From contig OZ024743.1 of assembly GCA_964016885.1 (NCBI GenBank), positions 139,376,001-139,440,000 on the forward strand: a DNA stretch of 64,000 bases. The letters run 5' to 3'. The translations under genes and the position numbers were made by a program. The notes under the pieces were generated by a model. It was not told where the DNA came from. It searched no databases and saw nothing but the letters and a program-made list of their open reading frames with translations. Of this stretch, positions 1-10,219 are shown piece by piece (the first letter of the stretch is position 1; each line of letters begins with the position of its first letter). This DNA is from Eledone cirrhosa (lineage: Eukaryota).

Positions 1-2089
1 GTGTTTGGTGCTTGGTGCTTGGTGCTTGGTGTTTGGTGCTTGGTGCTTGGTGTTTGGTGCTTGGTGCTTAGTGTTTGGTGCTAGGTGCTTGGGGTTTGGT
101 GTTTGGTGCTTGGTGCTTGGTGCTTGGTGTTTGGTGTTTGGTGTTTGCTGTTTGGTGTTTGGTGTTTGGTGTTTGCTGTTTGGTGTCTGCTTTTTGGTGT
201 TTGGTGTTGGCTGTATGTTATTTGCTGTTTGGTGTTTGGTGTTTGGTGTTTGGTGCTTGGTGCTTGGTGTTTGGTGTTTGGTGCTTGGTGCTTGGAGTTT
301 GGTGTTTGGTGCTTAGTGCTTGGTGTTTTGTGTTTGGTGTTTGGTTTTTGGTGCTTGGTGCTTGGTGCTTGTTGCTTGGTCCTTGGTGTTTGGTGCTTGG
401 TGCTTGGTGTTTGTACTTGGTGCTTGGTGCTTGGTGTTTGGTTCTTGGTTCTTGGTGTTTGGTACTTGGTGCTTGGTGCTCGGTGCTTGGTGTTTGGTGT
501 TTGGTGCTTGGTGTTTGGTGCTTGGTGCTTGGTGCTTGGTGTTAGGTGTTTGGTGCTTGGTGCATGGTGTTTGGTGCTTGGTGTTTGGTGTTTGCTGTTT
601 GGTGTTTGGTGCTTGGTGTTTGGTGTTTGCTGTTTGGTGTCTGCTTTTTGGTGTTTGGTGTTTGCTGTATGGTGTTTGCTGTTTCGTGTTTGGTGTTTGC
701 TGTTTGGTGTTTGGTGTTTGCTGTTTGGTGTTTGGTCTTTGGTGCTTGGTGTTTGGTGCTTGGTGCTTGGTGTTTGGTGTTTGGTGCTTGGTGCTTGGTG
801 CTTCGTGTTTGGTGTTTGGTGCTTGGTGTCTGGAGCTTGGTGTTTGGTGTTTGGTGCTTGGTATTTGGTGTTTGGTGCTTGGTGCTTGGTGTTTGGTGCT
901 TGGTGCTTGGTGTTTGTACTTGGTGCTTGGTGCTTGGTGTTTGGTGCTTGGTTCTTGGTGTTTGGTGCTTGGTGTTTGGTGCTTGGTGCTTGGTGTTTGG
1001 TGCTTGGTGCTTGGTGTTTGGTGTTTGGTGCTTGGTGCTTGGTGCTTGGTGTTTGGTGTTTGGTCTTTGGTGCTTGGTGCTTGGTGTTTGGTGTTTGGTT
1101 CTTGGTGCTTGGTATTTGGTGCTTGGTGCTTGCTGCTTGGTGTTTGGTGCTTGGTGATTGATGCTTGGTGTTTGATGCTTGGTGCTTGGTGTTTGGTTTT
1201 TGGTGCTAGGTGCTTGGTGCTTGGTGTTTGGTGCTTGGTGTTTGGTGTTTGCTGCTTGGTGCTTGGGGCTTGGTGTTTGGTACTTGGTGCTTGGTGCTTG
1301 GTGTTTGGTGCTTGGTGCTTGGTGTATGGTGTTTGGTGTTTGGTGCTTGGTGTTTGGTGTTTGGTGCTTGGTGCTTGGTGTTTGTTGCTTGGTACTTAGT
1401 TCATGGTGTTTGGTGCTGGGTGCTTGGTGTTTGGTGCTTGGTGCTTGGTGTTTGGTGTTTGGTGCTTGGTGTTTGGTGTTTGGTGCTTGGTGCTTGGTGT
1501 TTGTTGCTTGGTACTTGGTGCATGGTGTTTGGTGCTGGGTGCTTGGTGTTTGGTGCTTGGTGTTTGGTGCTTGGTGCTTGGTGTTTGGTGTTTGGTGTTT
1601 GATGCTTGGTGTTTGATGCTTGGTGCTTGGTGCTTGGTGTTTGGTGCTTGGTGTTTGTACTTGGTGCTTGGTGTTTTGTGCTTGGTTCTTTGTGTTTGGT
1701 GTTTGGTGCTTGGTGCTTGGTGCTTGGTGTTAGGTGTTTGGTGCTTGGTGCTTGGTGTTTGGTGTTTGGTACTAGGTGCTTGGTGATTGGTGTTTGGCGC
1801 TTGGTGCTTGGTGTTTGGTGTTTGGTGTTTGGTGCTTGCTGCTTGGTGCTTGGTGCTGGGTGGTTGGTGTTTGGTGCTTGGTGATTAGTGTTTGGTGCTA
1901 GGTGCTTGGGGTTTGGTGTTTGGTGCTTGGTGCTTGGTGTTTGGTGCTTGGTGCTTGGTGTTTGGTGCTTGGTGCTTGGTGTTTGGTGTTTGCTGTTTGC
2001 TGTTTGGTGTTTGTTGTTTGGTGTTTGTTGTTTGGTGTTTGCTGTTTGGTGTTTGGTATTTGGTGTTTGCTGTTTGGTGTCTGCTTTTT

Positions 2090-5000
2090 GGTGTTTGGTG
2101 TTTGCTGTATGTTGTTTGCTGTTTGGTGTTTGGTGTTTGGTGTTTGGTGTTTGGTGCTTGGTGCTTGGTGTTTGGTGCTTGGTGCTTGGTGTTTGGTGCC
2201 TGGTGCTTGGTACTTGGTGTTTGGTGTCTGGTGCTTGGTGCTTGGTGCTTGGAGTTTGGTGTTTGGTGCTTGGTGCTTGGTGTTTTGTGTTTGGTGTTTG
2301 GTGCTTGGTGCTTGGCACTTAGTCCTTGGTGTTTGGTGCTTGGTGCTTGGTGTTTGTACTTGGTGCTTGGTGCTTGGTGTTTGGTTCTTGGTTCTTGGTG
2401 TTTGGTACTTGGTGCTTGGTGCTTGGTGCTTGGTGTTTGGTGTTTGGTGCTTGGTGTTTGGTGCTTGGTGCTTGGTGCTTGGTGCTTGGTGTTAGGTGTT
2501 TGGTGCTTGGTGCTTGGTGTTTGGTGCTTGGTGTTTGCTGTCTGGTGTTTGGTGTTTGGTGTTTGGTGTTTGCTGTTTGGTGTCTGCTTTTTGGTGTTTG
2601 GTGTTTGCTGTATGGTGTTTGCTGTTTGGTGTTTGGTGCTTCGTGTTTGGTGTTTGGTCTTTGGTGATTGGTGTCTGGTGCTTGATGTTTGGTGTTTGGT
2701 GTTTGGTGCTTGGTGCTTGGTGTTTGGTGCTTGGTGCTTGGTGTTTGTACTTGGTGCTTGGTGCTTGGTGTTTGGTGCTTGGTTCTTGGTGTTTGGTGCT
2801 TGGTGTTTGGTGCTTGGTGCTTGGTGTTTGGTGCTTGGTGCTTGGTGTTTGGTGTTTGGTGCTTGGTGCTTGGTGCTTGGTGTTAGGTGTTTGGTGCTTG
2901 GTGCTTGGTGTTTAGTGTTTGGTTCTTGGTGCTTGGTATTTGGTGCTTGGTGCTTGCTGCTTGGTGTTTGGTGCTTGGTGATTGATGCTTGGTGTTTGGT
3001 GCTTGGTGCCCAGTGTTTGGTTTTTGGTGCTAGGTGCTTGGTGCATGGTGTTTGGTGCTTGGTGTTTGGTGTTTGGTGGTTGGTGCTTGGGGATTGGTGT
3101 TTGGTACTTGGTGCTTGGTGCTTGGTGTTTGGTGCTTGGTGCTTGGTGTTTGGTGTTTGGTGCTTGGTGCTTGGTATTTGGTGCTTGGTGCTTGGTGTTT
3201 GGTGTTTGGTGCTTGGTGCTTGGTGTTTGGTGCTTGGTGCTTGGTGCTTGTTGTTTGGTGATTGGTGCTTGGTGCTTGGTGTTTGGTGTTTGGTGCTTGG
3301 GGCTTGGTGTTTGGTGCTGCGTGCTTGGTGCTTGGTGCTTGGTGCTTGGTGCTTGGTGTTTGATGCTTGGTGTTTGATGCTTTGTGTTTGGTGTTTGGTG
3401 TTTGGTGCTTGGTGTTTGGTGTTTGATGCTTGGTGCTTGATGCTTGGTGCTTGGTGCTTGGTGTTTGGTGCTTGGTGCTTGGTGTTTGGTGTTTGGTGCT
3501 TGGTGCTTGGTGTTTGGTGCTTGGTGCTTGGTGCTTGTTGTTTGATGATTGGTACTTGGTGCTTGGTGTTTGGTGTTTGGTGCTTGGGGCTTGGTGTTTG
3601 GTGCTGCGTGCTTGGTGCTTGGTGCTTGGTGCTTGGTGCTTGGTGTTTTGTGTTTGGTGTTTGATGCTTGGTGCTTGGTGTTTGGTGTTTGGTGCTTGGT
3701 GTTTGGTGTTTGCTGTTTGCTGTTTGCTGTTTCGTGTTTGCTGTTTGGTGTTTGGTGTTTGGTGTTTGCTGTATGTTGTTTGCTGTTTGGTGTTTGGTGT
3801 TTGGTGTTTGGTGTTTGGTGTTTGGTGTTTGGTGCTTGGTGCTTGGTGTTTGGTGCTTGGTGCTTGGTGTTTGGTGCCTGGTGCTTGGTACTTGGTGTTT
3901 GGTGTTTGGTGCTTGGTGCTTGGTGCTTGGAGTTTGGTGTTTGGTGCTTGGTGCTTGGTGTTTTGTGTTTGGTGTTTGGTTTTTGGTGCTTGGTGCTTGG
4001 TGCTTGGCACTTAGTCCTTGGTGTTTGGTGCTTGGTGCTTGGTGTTTGTACTTGGTGCTTGGTGCTTGGTGTTTGGTTCTTGGTTCTTGGTGTTTGGTAC
4101 TTGGTGCTTGGTGCTTGGTGCTTGGTGTTTGGTGTTTGGTGCTTGGTGTTTGGTGCTTGGTGCTTGGTGCTTGGTGCTTGGTGCTTGGTGCTTGGTGTTT
4201 GGTGCTTGGTGTTTGCTGTCTGGTGTTTGGTGTTTGGTGTTTGCTGTTTGCTGTTTGGTGTCTGCTTTTTGGTGTTTGGTGTTTGCTGTATGGTGTTTGC
4301 TGTTTGGTGTTTGGTGCTTCGTGTTTGGTGTTTGGTCTTTGGTGATTGGTGTCTGGTGCTTGATGTTTGGTGTTTGGTGTTTGGTGCTTGGTGCTTGGTG
4401 TTTGGTGCTTGGTGCTTGGTGTTTGTACTTGGTGCTTGGTGCTTGGTGTTTGGTGCTTGGTTCTTGGTGTTTGGTGCTTGGTGTTTGGTGCTTGGTGCTT
4501 GGTGTTTGGTGCTTGGTGCTTGGTGTTTGGTGTTTGGTGCTTGGTGCTTGGTGCTTGGTGTTAGGTGTTTGGTGCTTGGTGCTTGGTGTTTAGTGTTTGG
4601 TTCTTGGTGCTTGGTATTTGGTGCTTGGTGCTTGCTGCTTGGTGTTTGGTGCTTGGTGATTGATGCTTGGTGTTTGGTGCTTGGTGCCCAGTGTTTGGTT
4701 TTTGGTGCTAGGTGCTTGGTGCATGGTGTTTGGTGCTTGGTGTTTGGTGTTTGGTGGTTGGTGCTTGGGGATTGGTGTTTGGTACTTGGTGCTTGGTGCT
4801 TGGTGTTTGGTGCTTGGTGCTTGGTGTTTGGTGTTTGGTGCTTGGTGCTTGGTATTTGGTGCTTGGTGCTTGGTGTTTGGTGTTTGGTGCTTGGTGCTTG
4901 GTGTTTGGTGCTTGGTGCTTGGTGCTTGTTGTTTGGTGATTGGTGCTTGGTGCTTGGTGTTTGGTGTTTGGTGCTTGGGGCTTGGTGTTTGGTGCTGCGT

Positions 5001-5440
5001 GCTTGGTGCTTGGTGCTTGGTGCTTGGTGCTTGGTGTTTGATGCTTGGTGTTTGATGCTTTGTGTTTGGTGTTTGGTGTTTGGTGCTTGGTGTTTGGTGT
5101 TTGATGCTTGGTGCTTGATGCTTGGTGCTTGGTGCTTGGTGTTTGGTGCTTGGTGCTTGGTGTTTGGTGTTTGGTGCTTGGTGCTTGGTGTTTGGTGCTT
5201 GGTGCTTGGTTCTTGGTGCTTGTTGTTTGATGATTGGTACTTGGTGCTTGGTGTTTGGTGTTTGGTGCTTGGGGCTTGGTGTTTGGTGCTGCGTGCTTGG
5301 TGCTTGGTGCTTGGTGCTTGGTGCTTGGTGTTTTGTGTTTGGTGTTTGATGCTTGGTGCTTGGTGTTTGGTGTTTGGTGCTTGGTGTTTGGTGTTTGCTG
5401 TTTGCTGTTTGCTGTTTCGTGTTTGCTGTTTGGTGTTTGG
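2090..5440 (+). repeat. Higher-order tandem duplication, unit ~1.68 kb (copy 1 ~2090-3755, copy 2 ~3756-5440)
   Basis: Identical ORF fingerprints 2689..2886/4367..4564 and 2982..3377/4660..5055 (offset 1678). The rare variant TGCCCAG occurs at ~3009 and ~4687. The offset drifts by multiples of 7 (1664-1692). Confidence 0.9.
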
Positions 5441-8400
5441 TGTTTGGTGTTTGCTGTTTGGTGTTTGCTGTTTGGTGTTTGGTGCTTGCTGTTTGGTGCT
5501 TGGTGTTTGGTGCTTGGTGCTTGGTGTTTGGTGTTTGGTGTTTGGTACTTGGTGCTTGGGGCTTGATTTGGTGCTTGGTGCTTGGTGCTTGGTGTTTGGT
5601 GTTTGGTGCTTGGTGTTTGGTGCTTGGTGCTTGGTGCTGGATGTTTGGTGCTTGGTGTTTGGTGCATGGTGCTTGGTGCTTGTTGTTTGTCGCTTGTTGC
5701 TTGGTGCTTGGTGTTTGGTGCTTGGTGCTTGGTGTTTGGTGTTTGGTGCTTGGTGCTTGGTGTTTGGTGTTTGGTGCTTGGTGTTTGGTGTTTGGTGCTT
5801 GGTGCTTGGTGTTTGCTGCTTGGTACTTGGTGCATGGTGTTTGGTGCTGGGTGCTTGGTGTTTGGTGCTTGGTGTTTGGTGCTTGGTGCTTGGTGTTTGG
5901 TGTTTGGTGTTTGATGCTTGGTGTTTTATGCTTGGTGCTTGGTGTTTGGTGCTTGGTGTTTGTACTTGGTGCTTGGTGCTTGGTGTTTTGTGCTTGGTTC
6001 TTGGTGTTTGGTGTTTGGTGCTTGGTACTTGGTGCTTGGTGTTAGGTGTTTGGTGCTTGGTGCTTGGTGTTTGGTGTTTGGTGCTTGGTGCTTGGTGCTG
6101 GGTGATTGGTATTTGGTGCTTGGTGCTTGGTGTTTGGTGCTTGGTGCTTGGTGCTTGGTGTTTGGTGCTTGGTGCTTGGTGCTTGGTCTTTGGTGCTTGG
6201 TGTTTGGTGTTTGGTGCTTGGTGCTTTGTGTTTGGTGCTTGGTGATTAGTGTTTGGTGCTTGGTGCTTGGGGTTTGGTGTTTGGTGCTTGGTACTTGGTG
6301 TTTGGCGCTTGGTGTTTGGTGTTTGCTGTTTGGTGTTTGGTGTTTGGTGTTTGCTGTATGGTGTTTGCTGTTTCGTGTTTGGTGTTTGCTGTTTGGTGTT
6401 TGGTGTTTGCTGTTTGGTGTTTGGTCTTTGGTGCTTGGTGTTTGGTGCTTGGTGCTTGGTGTTTGGTGTTTGGTGCTTGGTGTTTGGTGTTTGGTGCTTG
6501 GTGCTTGGTGCTTGGTGTTTGGTGTTTGGTGTTTGGTGCTTGGTGTCTGGTGCTTGGTGTTTGGTGTTTGGTGTTTGGTGCTTGGTGTTTGGTGTTTGGT
6601 GTTTGGTGTTTGGTGCTTGTTGCTTGGTACTTGGTGCTTGGTGTTTGGTGCTTGGTGCTTGGTGTTTGGTGCTGGGTGCTTGGTGTTTGGTGCTTGGTTC
6701 TTGGTGCTTGGTGTTTGGTGTTTGGTGCTTGGTGCTTGGTGCTTGGTGTTTGGTGTTTGGTGCTTGGTGTTTTATGCTTGGTGTTTGATGTTTGGTGCTT
6801 GGTGCTTGGTGTTTGGTGCTTGGTGCTTGGTGTTTGTACTTGGTGCTTGGTGCTTGGTTCTTGGTGTTTGGTGCTTGGTGCTTGGTGCTTGGTGCTTGGT
6901 GTTTGGTGCTTGGTGTTTGGTGCTTGGTGTTTGGTGCTTGGTGCCTGGTGCTTGGTGCTTGGTGTTTGGTGCTTGGTGTTTGGTGCTTGGTATTAGGTGT
7001 TTGGTGCTTGGTTCTTGGTGTTTGGTGTTTGGTGCTTGGTGTTTGGTGCTTGGTGCTTGGTGTTTGGTGTTTGGTGCTTGGTGTTTGGTGCTTGGTACTT
7101 GGTGCTTGGTGCTTGGTGTTAGGTGTTTGGTGCTTGGTGCTTGGTGTTTGGTTTTTGGTGCTTGGTGCTTGGTGTTTGGTGTTTGGTGCTTGCTGCTGGC
7201 TGCTTGGTGTTTGGTGCTTGGTGATTGGTGCTTGGTGTTTGGTGCTTGGTGTTTGGTGTTTGGTACTAGGTGCTTGGTGCTTGGTGTTTGGTGCTTGGTG
7301 CTTGGTGTTTGGTGTTTGGTGCTTGGTGCTTGGTGTTTGGTGCTTGGTGCTGGGTGCTGGGTGGTTGGTGTTTGGTGTTTGGTGTTTGGTGCTGGGTGCT
7401 TGGTGTTTGGTGCTTGGTGCTTGGTCTTTGGTGTTTGGTGTTTGGTGTTTGGTGCTTGGTGCTTGGTGCTTGGTGTTTGGTGCTTGGTGCTTGGCGTTTG
7501 GTGCTTGGTGCTTAGTGTTTGGTGCTAGGTGCTTGGGGTTTGGTGTTTGGTGCTTGGTGCTTGGTGTTTGGTGCTTGGTGCTTGGTGTTTGGTGTTTGGT
7601 GCTTGGTGCTTGGTGTTTGGTGTTTGGTGTTTGCTGTTTGGTGTTTGGTGTTTGGTGTTTGCTGTTTGGTGTCTGCTTTTTGGTGTTTGGTGTTGGCTGT
7701 ATGTTATTTGCTGTTTGGTGTTTGGTGTTTGGTGTTTGGTGCTTGGTGCTTGGTGTTTGGTGTTTGGTGCTTGGTGCTTGGAGTTTGGTGTTTGGTGCTT
7801 GGTGCTTGGTGTTTTGTGTTTGGTGTTTGGTTTTTGGTGCTTCGTGCTTGGTGCTTGTTGCTTGGTCCTTGGTGTTTGGTGCTTGGTGCTTGGTGTTTGT
7901 ACTTGGTGCTTGGTGCTTGGTGTTTGGTTCTTGGTTCTTGGTGTTTGGTACTTGGTGCTTGGTGCTTGGTGCTTGGTGTTTGGTGTTTGGTGCTTGGTGT
8001 TTGGTGCTTGGTGCTTGGTGCTTGGTGTTAGGTGTTTGGTGCTTGGTGCTTGGTGTTTGGTGCTTGGTGTTTGGTGTTTGCTGTTTGGTGTTTGGTGTTT
8101 GGTGTTTGCTGTTTGCTGTTTGGTGTCTGCTTTTTGGTGTTTGGTGTTTGCTGTATGGTGTTTGCTGTTTCGTGTTTGGTGTTTGCTGTTTGGTGTTTGG
8201 TGTTTGCTGTTTGGTGTTTGGTCTTTGGTGCTTGGTGTTTGGTGCTCGGTGCTTGGTGTTTGGTGTTTGGTGCTTGGTGCTTGGTGCTTCGTGTTTGGTG
8301 TTTGGTGCTTGGTGTCTGGAGCTTGGTGTTTGGTGTTTGGTGCTTGGTGTTTGGTGTTTGGTGCTTGGTGCTTGGTGTTTGGTGCTTGGTTCTTGGTGTT

Positions 8401-10219
8401 TGGTGCTTGGTGTTTGGTGCTTGGTGCTTGGTGTTTGGTGCTTGGTGCTTGGTGTTTGGTGTTTGGTGCTTGGTGCTTGGTGCTTGGTGTTTGATGTTTG
8501 GTGCTTGGTGCTTGGTGTTTGGTGTTTGGTTCTTGGTGATTGGTATTTGGTGCTTGGTGCTTGCTGCTTGGTGTTTGGTGTTTGCTGCTTGGTGCTGGGT
8601 GCTTGGTGTTTGGTGCTTGGTGCTTGGTGTTTGGTGTTTGGTGCTTGGTGTTTGGTGTTTGGTGCTTGGTGCTTGGTGTTTGTTGCTTGGTACTTGGTGC
8701 ATGGTGTTTGGTGCTGGGTGCTTGGTGTTTGGTGCTTGGTGTTTGGTGCTTGGTGCTTGGTGTTTGGTGTTTGGTGTTTGATGCTTGGTGCTTGGTGCTT
8801 GGTGTTTGGTGCTTGGTGTTTGTACTTGGTGCTTGGTGTTTTGTGCTTGGTTCTTTGTGTTTGGTGTTTGGTGCTTGGTGCTTGGTGCTTGGTGTTAGGT
8901 GTTTGGAGCTTGGTGCTTGGTGTTTGGTGTTTGGTCCTTGGTGCTTGGTGTTTAGTGCTTGGTGCTTGGTGTTTGTTGTTTGGTGCTTTCTGCTTGCTGC
9001 TTGGCGTTTGGTGCTTGGTGCTTGGTGCTTGGTGTTTGGTGTTTGGTGCTAGGTGCTTGGTGTTTGGTGTTTGGTGTTTGATGCTTGGTGTTTGGTGCTT
9101 GGTGTTTGGTGTTTTGTGCTTGGTGCTTGGGGCTTGGTGTTTAGTGCTTGGTGCTTGGTGCTTGGTGTTTGGTGGTTGGTGCTTGGTGTTTGGTGTTTGG
9201 TGTTTGGTGCTTGGTGCTTGGTGTTTGGTGCTTGGTGCTTGGTGCTGGGTGGTTGGTATTTGGTGCTTGGTGCTTGGTGTTTGGTGCTTGGTGCTTGGTG
9301 CTTGGTGTTTGGTGCTTGGTGCTTGGTGCTTGGTCTTTGGTGCTTGGTGTTTGGTGCTTGGTGCTTGGTGCTTGGTGTTTGGTGCTTGGTGATTAGTGTT
9401 TGGTGCTTGGTGCTTGGGGTTTGGTGTTTGGTGCTTGGTACTTGGTGTTTGGTGCTTGGTGTTTGGTGTTTGCTGTTTGGTGTTTGGTGTTTGCTGTTTG
9501 CTGTTTGCTGTTTGCTTTTTGGTGTTTGGTGTTTGCTGTATGGTGTTTGCTGTTTGGTGTTTGGTGTTTGCTGTTTGGTGTTTGGTGTTTGCTGTTTGGT
9601 ATTTGGTGCTTGGTGTTTGGTGCTTGGTGCTTGGTGTTTGGTGTTTGGTGCTTGGTGCTTGGTGTTTGGTGTTTGTTGCTTGGTGCTTGGTGCTTGGTGT
9701 TTGGTGTTTGGTGTTTGGTGCTTGGTGTCTGGTGTTTGGTGTTTGGTGTTTGGTGCTTGTTGCTTGGTGCTTGGTGCTTGGGGTTTGGTTCTTGGTTCTT
9801 GGTGTTTGGTACTTGGTGCTTGGTGTTTGGTGCTGGGTGCTTGGTGTTTGGTGCTTGGTGCTTGGTGCTTGCTGTTTGGTGTTTGGTGCTTGGTGCTTGG
9901 TGTTTGGTGTTTGGTGTTATATGCTTGGTGTTTGATGCTTGGTGCTTGGTGCTTGGTATTTGGTGTTTGGTGCTTGGTGTTTGTACTTGGTGCTTGGTTC
10001 TTGGTTCTTGGTGCTTGGTGCTTGGTGCTTGGTGCTTGGTGCTTGGTGTTTGGTGCTTGGTGTTTGGTGCTTGGTGTTTGGTGCTCGGTGCCTGGTGCTT
10101 GGTGCTTGGTGCTTGGTGTTTGGTGCTTGGTGTTTGGTGCTTGGTGTTAGGTGTTTGGTGCTTGGTGCTTGGTGTTTGGTGTTTGGTGCTTGGTGTTTGG
10201 TGCTTGGTGCTTGGTGTTT

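Noticed and set aside
1850-1915. Strong G-quadruplex motif (GGGTGGTTGG, TTGGGG variants)
   Set aside because: Runs of three or more G are isolated. The array offers only GG runs with 5-nt loops, so at most weak two-tier structures.
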